This document shows positions 9,977-19,539 of a stretch of 64,000 nt of DNA, one piece after another. Below the pieces are notes generated by a model, which was not told the DNA's origin, did not search any database, and saw only the letters and a list, made by a program, of their open reading frames with translations. Within the stretch, counting starts at the first letter, position 1; each line of letters opens with the position of its first letter. The stretch is from Candidatus Latescibacterota bacterium (lineage in GTDB: Bacteria > Latescibacterota > CBDEFO01). Location of the stretch: NCBI GenBank assembly GCA_965237525.1, contig CBDEFO010000007.1:288001-352000 (forward strand). The letters are read 5' to 3'. A program made the translations under genes and the position numbers.

Positions 9977-10888
9977 ATGAGTCTTTTAGTAGTCGGATCG
10001 GTAGCTTTGGATACGGTCGAAACTCCGTTCGGCAGGGTGAAAGATGCTCCTGGGGGATCAGCCCTCTATTTTTCGGCCGCTGCCAGCTATTTTTGCAGTG
10101 TTAAGGTGGTCGGTGTCGTAGGGAACGATTTTCCCGTGGAGAGCGTGGATTTTCTAAGGAAGAGGAATGTGAATTTAGACGGGCTTCACGTTTCAGATGG
10201 GGATACGTTCAGATGGTCGGGTCGGTATGGATATGATCTGAATGAAAGGGAGACTATAGAGACGCGACTTAATGTATTTGCGTCTTTTCAGCCGAAGATC
10301 CTCGAAAGCTACAGAGACTCTGAGTATGTTTTTCTGGCGAATATAGACCCTCAGCTTCAACTGGACGTTTTAAAGCAGGTAAGCCGGCCCAAGCTCGTGG
10401 CGTGCGATACTATGAACTTCTGGATAGAGGGGGAAAAAGACCAACTTTTGAAGGTGCTGGGGAAGGCGGATGTTGTGATAATGAACGACTTGGAGGTAAG
10501 GGAACTTGCAGCAGAGCCGGATCTTCTTAAGGCTTCTCGGAGGTTTCTGGATATTGGGCCAGATGTAGTGATCGTGAAGAAGGGGGAGCATGGGGCCATC
10601 ATGGTCTCAAAGGATTCCTTTTTTGCGATTCCCGCGTTTCCGACGGAGTTGGTATTTGATCCGACAGGAGCGGGGGATTCGTTTGCGGGGGGACTAATGG
10701 GATACCTTGCAAGTTCTGAAGACGTGAGCGAGATGAATTTAAGGAGGGCAATGGTCTATGGGAGCGTGATGGCATCTTTCAACGTGGAGAGGTTCAGCTT
10801 TGAGAGGCTGAAGGACTTAAAGGATGAGGAGATAAAAGAGAGATTCAGGGAATTTAAGCGGATTACCTATTTTGAAGAAGTGTCATAG
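9977..10888 (+). CDS. PfkB-family carbohydrate/nucleoside kinase
   Basis: GSVALD, GGSA, DTMNFWI, DPTGAGDSFAGG. Confidence 0.9.
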   Translation: MSLLVVGSVALDTVETPFGRVKDAPGGSALYFSAAASYFCSVKVVGVVGNDFPVESVDFLRKRNVNLDGLHVSDGDTFRWSGRYGYDLNERETIETRLNVFASFQPKILESYRDSEYVFLANIDPQLQLDVLKQVSRPKLVACDTMNFWIEGEKDQLLKVLGKADVVIMNDLEVRELAAEPDLLKASRRFLDIGPDVVIVKKGEHGAIMVSKDSFFAIPAFPTELVFDPTGAGDSFAGGLMGYLASSEDVSEMNLRRAMVYGSVMASFNVERFSFERLKDLKDEEIKERFREFKRITYFEEVS

Positions 10889-10907
10889 GGGGCACGGACG
10901 TGGGTTT

Positions 10908-12017
10908 ATGGTAAAGACCTTAGAGTGGATCGGCGATGCCTTGAGGCTGATAGATCAGACGAGGCTCCCAAACGAAGTGGTATATATAGATTGCAGGGAT
11001 GTGGAGACAGTGGCAAGGGCAATTGAGGTCCTCTCTGTAAGAGGTGCGCCTGCAATAGGCGTGGCTGCGGCCTACGGCACAGTGATAGGGGCGATCGAAG
11101 CACAGAGGGAGAGCGGCGGCGTTGAGAGGATAAAGATGGCAATTGAGCGTCTGGAAAAGACAAGGCCCACGGCCCGGAATCTCTTCTGGGCCTTGGAGAG
11201 GATGAAAAATGTGTTGAAAAGGGTCGAGCAGGAGGACGTGCGGACAGTCAGAGACGCTCTTTTGAATGAGGCCAATTCTATCTATATCGAGGATAGGGAA
11301 ATCTGCAGGAAGATCGGAGAAAACGGCTCCAGACTCTTAAAGGATAATAATTCAGTTTTGACTCACTGCAACGCTGGAGCTCTGGCTACTGCAGGTGCTG
11401 GGACTGCTCTTTCTGTGATATACACGGCCGTAGAGCAGGGCAAGACAATCCGGGTCTTTGCAGATGAGACGAGACCTCTCCTGCAGGGAGCAAGGCTGAC
11501 GGCGTGGGAATTGATGGAAAGTGGCGTGGACGTGACGCTCATATGTGACAGCATGGTAGGATCCGTGATGAAGAGCAAAATGGTGGACTGTGTGGTCGTG
11601 GGGGCAGATAGGATAGCTTCAAACGGGGACGTGGCGAACAAGATAGGTACTTATTCTGTGGCGGTGCTGGCCAAAGAACACGGCATACCGTTTTACGTGG
11701 CGGCCCCCCTTTCCACGCTGGACATGGATATAGAGTGCGGGGATCAGATCCCTATCGAAGAGAGAAAACCGCAGGAGGTGACGGAGGGCTTCGGAAAGAG
11801 GACAGCTCCTTTTGACGTCAAGGTCTACAGCCCGGCTTTCGATGTGACTCCGAATTCTTATGTGTCGGCTATCATCTCTGAGAAGGGGATCGCAAGGGGA
11901 AATTACAATGTGGTGTTAAGGAACTGGGCAAAAACAGAAGACAGTAGGCCTCGACCCCCAATAGATTCAATTGGGAGTTCAATCGGTGGTAGACAGGGCG
12001 CCTCACCCGCTGTATGA
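10908..12017 (+). CDS. mtnA: S-methyl-5-thioribose-1-phosphate isomerase
   Basis: VRGAPAIG, THCNAGALAT, ETRPLLQGARLTAWE, GADRIA, PAFDVTP; start moved to ATG 10908; C-terminal tail reads through a repeat. Confidence 0.93.
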   Translation: MVKTLEWIGDALRLIDQTRLPNEVVYIDCRDVETVARAIEVLSVRGAPAIGVAAAYGTVIGAIEAQRESGGVERIKMAIERLEKTRPTARNLFWALERMKNVLKRVEQEDVRTVRDALLNEANSIYIEDREICRKIGENGSRLLKDNNSVLTHCNAGALATAGAGTALSVIYTAVEQGKTIRVFADETRPLLQGARLTAWELMESGVDVTLICDSMVGSVMKSKMVDCVVVGADRIASNGDVANKIGTYSVAVLAKEHGIPFYVAAPLSTLDMDIECGDQIPIEERKPQEVTEGFGKRTAPFDVKVYSPAFDVTPNSYVSAIISEKGIARGNYNVVLRNWAKTEDSRPRPPIDSIGSSIGGRQGASPAV

Positions 12018-12204
12018 TGTTCTCCTTCGGCGCCTGTTTTGACGGCTCTGCGCGCGTGCTTTCAATAGCCCATTTGGCCATGCTGGTGTCTACCCTACAC
12101 GGAGGTAACCTCCTTGTGTTTTTGATGCGAAGATGCCTCATGTAAATAAAATGAAATGGTTAATTTGAACTTGGTAAGAATGTAACGTAACTTCCTCTTA
12201 ATTT

Positions 12205-12233
12205 TACAATCGGGATTCTTCATCCCGATTGTA
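12205..12233. repeat. Perfect 12-bp inverted repeat upstream of the DUF3108 gene
   Basis: TACAATCGGGAT-TCTTC-ATCCCGATTGTA. Confidence 0.7.
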
Positions 12234-12254
12234 CACATGAGCTTTTGACAGGTT

Positions 12255-13178
12255 ATGAGATCGTATTATAGATTTTTCGTTTTGCTAGGGGTTCTGGCTT
12301 CTTTTGTGCTGCCTTATCAGTCGGCGTACGGTCAAGATGGCGCTATAGCGCATAGCTCCTATGCTATAGATGCTATTGTAGATACGAGCATTACGACCAC
12401 CGCGTCCCCGATTGAACCTATCGGGGATGGAGCAAGAAGGATAAAAAACGGCGCGTTCGAAGTGGGAGAGAAGCTGGTCTATTCGATACAGTTCGGGCTT
12501 ATTCAGGCCGGAAAATCGGTGGTGGAGATTGCAGGGATAGAAGTGGTGAACGGGAGAAGGTGTTATCGTGTGGTCTCTACTACAGAGTCTAACAAGGCTT
12601 TTTCAGTGTTCTACAGAGTCAGAGATAGGGTTGAGTCGTTTATAGACGTGGAGGGGATATATCCCTGGAAGTTTGAGAAGCATTTGAGGGAGGGAACATA
12701 TAGGGCTGACAGGTCGGTTATCTACGACCAGATAAATCACTTGGCAATCACAAATGGAGATACGATCTCGGTGCCTCCGTACGTTCAGGACGGACTTTCA
12801 GCGTTCTATTATATAAGGACCCAAGAGCTTGAAGTAGGACAGACCCTTTTGGTGGACAATCATGATAATGCGAAGGTCTATCCTCTGAAGGTAAAGGTGC
12901 TGAGGAGAGATGTGATAAAGACTAAGTTAGGAAAGTTGGCTTGTCTGGTGATAGAACCTATGCTGAAGTCGGGGGCGCTCTTTAAGCACCAGGGAAGGCT
13001 GACTGTGTGGCTGACGGACGATGACAGAAAGATTCCGGTCCGTATGAAGAGCAAGATAGTGATAGGACACATTGACGTTAGGCTTGTGGAATATAGCATC
13101 AATGGGGAAAACAGAGAGAATGTCGAAATACAGGCAGACAGATCTTGGGAAAGTAAGGATGCACCCGTTCGGGAATAG
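12255..13178 (+). CDS. DUF3108-domain secreted protein
   Basis: Signal peptide, GEKLVY, FYRVRD, QDGLSAFYYIR, WLTDDDRKIPV. Confidence 0.8.
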   Translation: MRSYYRFFVLLGVLASFVLPYQSAYGQDGAIAHSSYAIDAIVDTSITTTASPIEPIGDGARRIKNGAFEVGEKLVYSIQFGLIQAGKSVVEIAGIEVVNGRRCYRVVSTTESNKAFSVFYRVRDRVESFIDVEGIYPWKFEKHLREGTYRADRSVIYDQINHLAITNGDTISVPPYVQDGLSAFYYIRTQELEVGQTLLVDNHDNAKVYPLKVKVLRRDVIKTKLGKLACLVIEPMLKSGALFKHQGRLTVWLTDDDRKIPVRMKSKIVIGHIDVRLVEYSINGENRENVEIQADRSWESKDAPVRE

Positions 13179-14067
13179 GAAGAGCAAGGTCTTGGTAGAA
13201 GATTTTGCATCTGTTTTTGCAGCGGGAGGAGGCTTCAAAGAATTTATAGATTCTCTGCCGAACATCTTGAAGGGGAAAGATCTGCGGGATGTGGTAGAGG
13301 GGGTCGTCTCCTCAAGGAGAGGAAAAAAGCCCGTAGTATGGATGATCGGCGCGCACATTATTAAGTGCGGGTTGAATCCTATTTTAATAGACCTGATGGA
13401 AAGAGGCTTCATAAGCCACTTGGCGATGAACGGGGCAGGGGCGATTCACGACTCCGAAGTTGCGCTGTGGGGAAAGACGTCTGAGGACGTGCTGGAGAAC
13501 CTGGAGAATGGGTCGTTCGGAATGTCCGAAGATACGGGCAGATTTGTAAATGGAGCAGCATGCAAGGCCATGGCCGAGAAATTGGGATACGGCGAATCGC
13601 TTGGCAGGGAACTTCACCAAGTTGAGGCGGAAAATCTGAACCTAAGCCTTCTTGCTTCAGGATATAGGCTGTCAATTCCGGTGACAGTTCACGTGGCTTT
13701 GGGAACCGATATTGTGCATCAGCAGCCTACGGCTGACGGCGCGGCGTTCGGGGACTCCAGCTACAGGGATTTTAAGATATTTACTGCTTCCCTTGAGAAT
13801 ATAGAGGGAGGAGCTGTGTTGAATGTGGGTTCGGCCGTAATCATGCCTGAGGTATTCCTGAAGGCTTTATGTGTGGTAAGGAATTTGGGTCATAAGGCGC
13901 AAGACTTTATGCCTGTCAATTTTGATATGATAGATCACTATCGTACGAAGGTAAATGTGGTTGATAGGCCGACGGCAAGGGGTTTTTCTATCATAGGGCA
14001 TCACGAGATAATGATCCCGCTCTTGGCGGCGACCGTAAAGTGCCTCTGGGAGGAGGAACAAAGGTGA
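13120..14067 (+). CDS. Deoxyhypusine-synthase-like hypothetical protein
   Basis: GAHIIKCG, AMNGAGAIHD, PVTVHVALGTDIVH, GSAVIMPEVFLKA, GHHEIMIP; likely start ATG 13120. Confidence 0.6.
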   Translation: MSKYRQTDLGKVRMHPFGNRKSKVLVEDFASVFAAGGGFKEFIDSLPNILKGKDLRDVVEGVVSSRRGKKPVVWMIGAHIIKCGLNPILIDLMERGFISHLAMNGAGAIHDSEVALWGKTSEDVLENLENGSFGMSEDTGRFVNGAACKAMAEKLGYGESLGRELHQVEAENLNLSLLASGYRLSIPVTVHVALGTDIVHQQPTADGAAFGDSSYRDFKIFTASLENIEGGAVLNVGSAVIMPEVFLKALCVVRNLGHKAQDFMPVNFDMIDHYRTKVNVVDRPTARGFSIIGHHEIMIPLLAATVKCLWEEEQR

Positions 14068-14858
14068 TTGTTCGGTTGAGATTTGTGGGGATCGTAATAG
14101 CGTCTTTGATCCTTGCGGTCGGTTGTTCGGGTACCAGGAAAGATGTAGTAAAGATGCCTCCTGCATGGGAGGATTTTGATCTGGGATCTTTAGACGATGA
14201 CGATATAGTGATAAGACCTGATGTGGCCCCTGAGGAGAACACCATGGAGGAAACAGCCTCTTTTGCTCCTGGAGTTGAGAAGGAGATCTTGCAGGATGAT
14301 CCCGTGCCTTCAGGTGATACGCTTAGCTATGAGATAGTTGACGGTTACAGGGTCCAGATTTTTGCTGGCATCGATCGGGGTATGGCAGAAAGGGTAAAGG
14401 GGGAGGCGTTGGAAAAACTTAACGTAGGAATATATGTTGAGTATGATCCGCCCCTTTACCGGGTGAGAATAGGAGATTGCAGGACAGTGGAGGAGGTGCA
14501 GAGCTTGGCAGCTGAGGCTAAGCTGAAGGGCTACAGCGACGCCTTCTGGGCTCCTACACAGATAAATGTCACGAAAGAGATGAAGACAATTAAGGAGGAG
14601 GCAGAGGGCTTTCGGATCCAGATAATGATGCTTGAAAATGCAGATACTGCGCAGAAGGTAAGGCAGGAGGCGGAAGAACTGTTCAATATAGGCGTCTACG
14701 TGGACTTTGAGCCTGCGTTTTATAAGGTCAGGATCGGTGATTTCACTGACAGGTCTGAGGCTGAGGTGACACTGGAGATTGTCAGGTCAAAGGGATATAG
14801 AGATGCTTTTGTTGTTACATCTAAGGTCTGGGTGGAAAGGATAGTGGAGGGGGAATAG
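14064..14858 (+). CDS. Lipoprotein with two SPOR domains
   Basis: Lipobox LAVGC; two GYRVQI/GFRIQI...YRVRIGD/YKVRIGD repeats; GTG start after GGAGGA. Confidence 0.85.
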   Translation: MIVRLRFVGIVIASLILAVGCSGTRKDVVKMPPAWEDFDLGSLDDDDIVIRPDVAPEENTMEETASFAPGVEKEILQDDPVPSGDTLSYEIVDGYRVQIFAGIDRGMAERVKGEALEKLNVGIYVEYDPPLYRVRIGDCRTVEEVQSLAAEAKLKGYSDAFWAPTQINVTKEMKTIKEEAEGFRIQIMMLENADTAQKVRQEAEELFNIGVYVDFEPAFYKVRIGDFTDRSEAEVTLEIVRSKGYRDAFVVTSKVWVERIVEGE

Positions 14859-14953
14859 ATAAGGATATGCCAAGAGAGTAGACAGCAAACAGAGATGAGG
14901 GGAGATTACCCTATCTACTCGTTTTCTGAGTTCTTAGCTGCCAGAGGGAGGCG

Positions 14954-16981
14954 ATGTTGAAAGTTAAACTGCAGGTGTTATCACTGTTGGTTGTTCTAAC
15001 AGGAGGATGTGGGCTATCGGGCTTAGTTGGGATTCAACGCAATAATCAATCGGAGGCCCCGAGAAGTTCTTCGATACCTGTTGATGAAAAGGAGCTAGTT
15101 ATATCAGAGCCAGACTCAGTATATGCACCTGTGGTTGAGATTTCAGATGAAGAGAGAATTAGGATGGCGCAAGATATGATCGGAAGGGCGGTAAAAGTGC
15201 ATAAGGCGGGGGACGCAGATGGGGCGCAGAACGAGTTGGATGCAGCTTCTTTATTGCTTTCTGGTTGTGAAGTGGGAATGGAATCAGAGCCTGAGCTTTT
15301 TAAGAGTTTCGTGGAAGCCATAAAATCTTTGGAGGAAGAGTATAAGAGACTGATTCCGGACGTGTCAGCCCTGTCTGCAGAGAGTCCATTGTCCGTGTTT
15401 TTGGAGGGGATGGACGAGGAAGTTAAGGGAGACGGAGATTTACATCAATTTATTTTGGTGAGCCAAATAGCCAAGGCGTGCGACATCCAGATAGATTATA
15501 ATATGAAGGTCAAAAGAACTATCGAATATTTTCAGACCAAGGCCAAAGAGATTTTCCGCCAGAGACTGAGGCGATCTGGAAGATATTTGGGCATGATGCG
15601 GGGAATATTTGAAGAAGAGGGTTTGCCATTAGATCTGATCTATCTTTCTATGATTGAAAGCGGTTTTAAGCCTCAGGCTTACTCGAAAGCAGGAGCCGCG
15701 GGATTGTGGCAGTTTATACCTTCTACGGGGCTCCTCTACGGGCTCAGGAGAGACTGGGGAATAGATGAAAGGAGAGATCCTATAAAGTCCACAGTAGCAG
15801 CTGCCAGGCATCTGAAGGATCTTTACACTCATCTGGAGGATTGGCGACTGGCAGTAGCTGCGTACAACTGCGGCCGCGGGAGGTTGAATAGAGCGGTAAG
15901 TAAGGCTAAATCCAGAAACTTTTGGGATCTGGATCTCCCAAGGGAGACAAAAAACTTCGTGCCGGCTTTTATGGCCGCGGTGGTTATGTCAAAAAATCCC
16001 GAAGCATTCGGATTCGACGATTTAGTATATGATCCTCCGATAGAGTACGACGAAGTAGAGGTTCCCTGGGGGATGAGTCTTTTGGTTGCAGCCGAGTGTG
16101 CCGGGACATCATACCAGGAGATAAAGTCATTAAATCCTGAGCTGAGGCGTAATTATGTGCCTATGAACGTAAAGAGTTACAGGCTTATGATACCCAAGGG
16201 TGCGATGGAAAAATTTGTGCTCAATTATGATGAGCTCCCTAGTAGCAAAAAGGTCATCTGGCAAAGGTACAGGATCAAAAGGGGAGACAGCATCTGGCGC
16301 ATAGCAAGAAAGTTCAATACATCCCAGAAGGCTATCGTCTATGCTAATTCATTGAAAAACCCGAACAGGATCAGACATGGAAAGTATCTTATGATACCTG
16401 TGCCTGACGGTAAGATAGATTTAGCAAGGCTCTCGAACTTAGAGCCTGCACAGTATGGCGGGTATGATAAAGATGTTCATTTGGTAGTAAAGGGGGACAA
16501 TCTGACTAAGATCGCCCTTATGTACGGCACCAGTACGAACAAGCTTTTGAAGTTGAACGGTATGTCGGCCAGACAGTATATCCATCCTGGGGATAGGATC
16601 ATCCTTCGCGAGCAAACAGATGGTGACAAGGATGGAAAGGCGTCTAAAACGCTTGTGATATATACGGTGGAAAAGGGGGACAATCTGACTAAGATCGCCC
16701 TTATGTACGGCACCAGTACGAACAAGCTTTTGAAGTTGAACGGTATGTCGGCCAGACAGTATATCCATCCTGGGGATAGGATTATCCTTCGCGAGCAAAC
16801 AGATGGTGACAAGGATGGAAAGGCGTCTAAAACGCTTGTGATATATACAGTGGAAAAGGGGGACACGCTCTGGGAGATATCTTTGAGATTGGGCATAGGC
16901 GTCAAGGATATTGCAACGTGGAATGGAATCCACAAATTGGAAAGGATATATCCGGGCGATAAGCTGAAGATATGGAGGTAA
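14954..16981 (+). CDS. MltD-like lytic transglycosylase with four LysM domains
   Basis: IESGF, AAGLWQF, AAYNCG and ETKNFVP SLT motifs; four (R/K)GDxL/I LysM repeats. Confidence 0.92.
   Translation: MLKVKLQVLSLLVVLTGGCGLSGLVGIQRNNQSEAPRSSSIPVDEKELVISEPDSVYAPVVEISDEERIRMAQDMIGRAVKVHKAGDADGAQNELDAASLLLSGCEVGMESEPELFKSFVEAIKSLEEEYKRLIPDVSALSAESPLSVFLEGMDEEVKGDGDLHQFILVSQIAKACDIQIDYNMKVKRTIEYFQTKAKEIFRQRLRRSGRYLGMMRGIFEEEGLPLDLIYLSMIESGFKPQAYSKAGAAGLWQFIPSTGLLYGLRRDWGIDERRDPIKSTVAAARHLKDLYTHLEDWRLAVAAYNCGRGRLNRAVSKAKSRNFWDLDLPRETKNFVPAFMAAVVMSKNPEAFGFDDLVYDPPIEYDEVEVPWGMSLLVAAECAGTSYQEIKSLNPELRRNYVPMNVKSYRLMIPKGAMEKFVLNYDELPSSKKVIWQRYRIKRGDSIWRIARKFNTSQKAIVYANSLKNPNRIRHGKYLMIPVPDGKIDLARLSNLEPAQYGGYDKDVHLVVKGDNLTKIALMYGTSTNKLLKLNGMSARQYIHPGDRIILREQTDGDKDGKASKTLVIYTVEKGDNLTKIALMYGTSTNKLLKLNGMSARQYIHPGDRIILREQTDGDKDGKASKTLVIYTVEKGDTLWEISLRLGIGVKDIATWNGIHKLERIYPGDKLKIWR
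16489..16864 (+). repeat. Tandem 183-bp in-frame duplication (LysM plus linker)
   Basis: AAAGGGGGAC recurs at 16489, 16672 and 16855; the units differ only at ATC/ATT and ACG/ACA. Confidence 0.93.
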
Positions 16982-17156
16982 TCCCCATTGAATCAGTAGA
17001 AAGTAGGCAGGACGCCTCCTTTCCCCTCAACTGTCATTGCGAGGCGGCGTGCCCGCTGTGCTGGGGTGGCAGCAAGCCACGGAGTGGGCCAGGCGATCTC
17101 GTAGTCAGTAGACAGGGCCTCGTTCCCTCTGCCGGCACGCCCTGTACTGTTTACTT
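16982..17156. repeat. Composite REP-like intergenic repeat
   Basis: Contains CTGTCATTGCGAG...GCGATCTC, AAGCCACGGAGTGG and AGTAGACAGGGC...GCCCTGTACT modules; the latter two recur in other spacers. Confidence 0.6.
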
Positions 17157-17173
17157 AGAAAAAGGTCGCTTTA

Positions 17174-17668
17174 GTGAGGACAATAAGAGACATCCTTTTG
17201 ATGACGCTGGTTTTAGTAGTTCAACTGTCGTACGCTTCAAATGTCTCAGTGTTTGGCTTCAGTCCTGATCTTATACTCCTTGTTTTGGTCTATATAGGGC
17301 TATCGAGAGGGCAGATGGAGGCGGTGCTCTTTGGGTTTTTTGCTGGGTTTATTCAGGACGTGTACTCTGCTGAGCCTTTGGGGATTAACGCTCTATCTAA
17401 ATCTCTTGTGGGATTTGCCGTGGGATACGGGCGAGGTAATGTGGTAATAGAAAGTTCCCTGGTGCGGGCCTTTATAATATTTGGCACGGTTGTCCTGCAC
17501 GATATTATCTATTTGCTATGTTACTCGGTATGTTGTTTGAGTCGAGATGTAGTTAGGACATTTTTTGCGTTCTTTCAGCAGGGCTTGGGAACTGCTCTTT
17601 ACAGCACAGTTTTGGGGATAGCGATCTGGTCTTTCGCCGCTTTAGGATTGAAACGGGATGATTTATGA
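17174..17668 (+). CDS. mreD: Rod shape-determining protein MreD
   Basis: PDLILLVLV, FGFFAGFIQD and GINALSK in a hydrophobic protein directly upstream of mrdA. Confidence 0.9.
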   Translation: MRTIRDILLMTLVLVVQLSYASNVSVFGFSPDLILLVLVYIGLSRGQMEAVLFGFFAGFIQDVYSAEPLGINALSKSLVGFAVGYGRGNVVIESSLVRAFIIFGTVVLHDIIYLLCYSVCCLSRDVVRTFFAFFQQGLGTALYSTVLGIAIWSFAALGLKRDDL

Positions 17669-19509
17669 CGGTTCCTGGATACAGATTTAGGGACGCTTCC
17701 TTTATAGAAAGGAAAGCAAAATTAAGTATATGGTTCATGCTGTCTTTATTTATTCTGTTGGTGGGGAAGCTCTTTTATCTTCAGGTGATGGCTTCAAAGC
17801 GCTACGGAGATGAATCTCAGGGGAATATAGAACGTTCAGTCCCGATAGAGGCGGCACGAGGGCTGATCAAGGACAGAAATGGGAAGATATTGGTGGATAA
17901 TCAACCCTCTTACACTATCTCTTACGTGGGGGAAAATATACAACAAAGAGCAATAGAGAACATAAGGAACCTTACTGGTCTGGATGGTGCTATAGAGGAT
18001 AGGAAGATAGGGCCATTTATGATCTTTCAACCCGTTAAGTTGATGAGAGATGTTGGATTTGAGGTGGCTTCTGTTGTGCAGGAAAACAGGGATGATCTGC
18101 CGGGTGTAGAGATACAGTTGGATGCGAAAAGAAGATATCTGATGGAGAAGTTTGTGTCTCACGTGTTGGGGTACGTGGGGGTAATAAGCCAGAGGGAACT
18201 GGAGAAACTCAAGTCGGAGGGATATCTCAGGGATCAGTGGTTGGGCAAAAAGGGGGTTGAATTGGTTTATGAGAATGTCTTAAAGGGGCAAAACGGCGTC
18301 CAGTGGAGAGAGGTGAACGCTGTGGAGAGGGTTATAAGGGTGATTCCAGGCAGGGGGAAGGAGCCTAAGCCAGGGAACGATGTGTGGATGACCATAGATA
18401 AGAACCTTCAGGAGGCGGCTGAAAGGGCGTTTCCGGACAGCGGACAAGGGAGTTTAGTAGCTATTGACCCGCGCACCGGGGAGGTATTGGCGATGGTCAG
18501 CAGGCCGAACTTTGATCCGAACGAGTTTGCGTCAGGGATGAGCAAGAAAGAGTGGGACCTTCTCCGAAACGATCCTGGTCGCCCCCTTTTAAACAGGACA
18601 ATTCAAGGGCTCTATCCTCCAGGTTCGACGTTCAAATTGATAATGGCAGCAGCCGCGCTTGAAATGGAGATCGTAGATGAAGGAAAGAGGATGCCGACTC
18701 CGTGTAGGGGCGTGATGACTTATGGAGATAGACACTTTAAGTGTTGGAGCGAGAAGGGACACGGAAGTTTAGACCTCCATGAGGCGATAAAACAGTCGTG
18801 CGATATCTATTTTTACCAGTTGGGCGTGCAGGTGGGGCTGGAAAGTTGGGTCAATTACGCTAAGAAATTCGGATTCGAAAAGGAGACCGGGATAGACTTA
18901 GATGGAGAGGAGAACGGGCTTATCCCCACAAGGGAATATTTTGACGCGGTTTATGGAAAGAGGGGATGGTCTGGTGGGGCTCTGTTGAATCTAGCTATCG
19001 GTCAGGGAGAGACTCTGGTAAGTCCGATTCAGATGGCGTGTTTTATCGGAGGTATAGCTACCAAGGGGAAGGTGGCACGTCCTCATCTTTATAAGGGATC
19101 TGCTGCGCCGGAGGGTTCGTGGTCTCCGGAGCCGCAAAATGAATTTAGAAAGATCAGTGGTGTCTCGCAAGAGACGTTTGAAGTAATGGGAAGGGCGCTT
19201 TTGGGAGTTGTTGAGGAAAAGAGAGGCACGGGTCGGCTCGCAAGGGTGAAGGGATACAAGGTTGCGGGAAAGACCGGGACATCCCAAAACCCTCACGGAG
19301 AAGATCACGCGTGGTTTATAGGGTTCGCTCCGTTTGAGGATCCGATCATCGCTGTGGCCGCTATAGTTGAAAATTCAGGTCATGGGGGAAGTGTGGCGGC
19401 TCCTTTAGTGGGCCAGATCATAGAGACCTATCTGAAGCAAATAAGTGGACGGCAAACAGTAGACAGCATGCAGGCAGGAGGAGAGCATGCCCTGTCTACG
19501 GTCCACTGA
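17665..19509 (+). CDS. mrdA: Penicillin-binding protein 2
   Basis: RGLIKDRNG, YPPGSTFK (SxxK), SCD (SxN variant), GKTGT. Confidence 0.95.
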   Translation: MTVPGYRFRDASFIERKAKLSIWFMLSLFILLVGKLFYLQVMASKRYGDESQGNIERSVPIEAARGLIKDRNGKILVDNQPSYTISYVGENIQQRAIENIRNLTGLDGAIEDRKIGPFMIFQPVKLMRDVGFEVASVVQENRDDLPGVEIQLDAKRRYLMEKFVSHVLGYVGVISQRELEKLKSEGYLRDQWLGKKGVELVYENVLKGQNGVQWREVNAVERVIRVIPGRGKEPKPGNDVWMTIDKNLQEAAERAFPDSGQGSLVAIDPRTGEVLAMVSRPNFDPNEFASGMSKKEWDLLRNDPGRPLLNRTIQGLYPPGSTFKLIMAAAALEMEIVDEGKRMPTPCRGVMTYGDRHFKCWSEKGHGSLDLHEAIKQSCDIYFYQLGVQVGLESWVNYAKKFGFEKETGIDLDGEENGLIPTREYFDAVYGKRGWSGGALLNLAIGQGETLVSPIQMACFIGGIATKGKVARPHLYKGSAAPEGSWSPEPQNEFRKISGVSQETFEVMGRALLGVVEEKRGTGRLARVKGYKVAGKTGTSQNPHGEDHAWFIGFAPFEDPIIAVAAIVENSGHGGSVAAPLVGQIIETYLKQISGRQTVDSMQAGGEHALSTVH

Positions 19510-19539
19510 CTGCTGTCTACTTGTTTGGTGGAGATTAAG

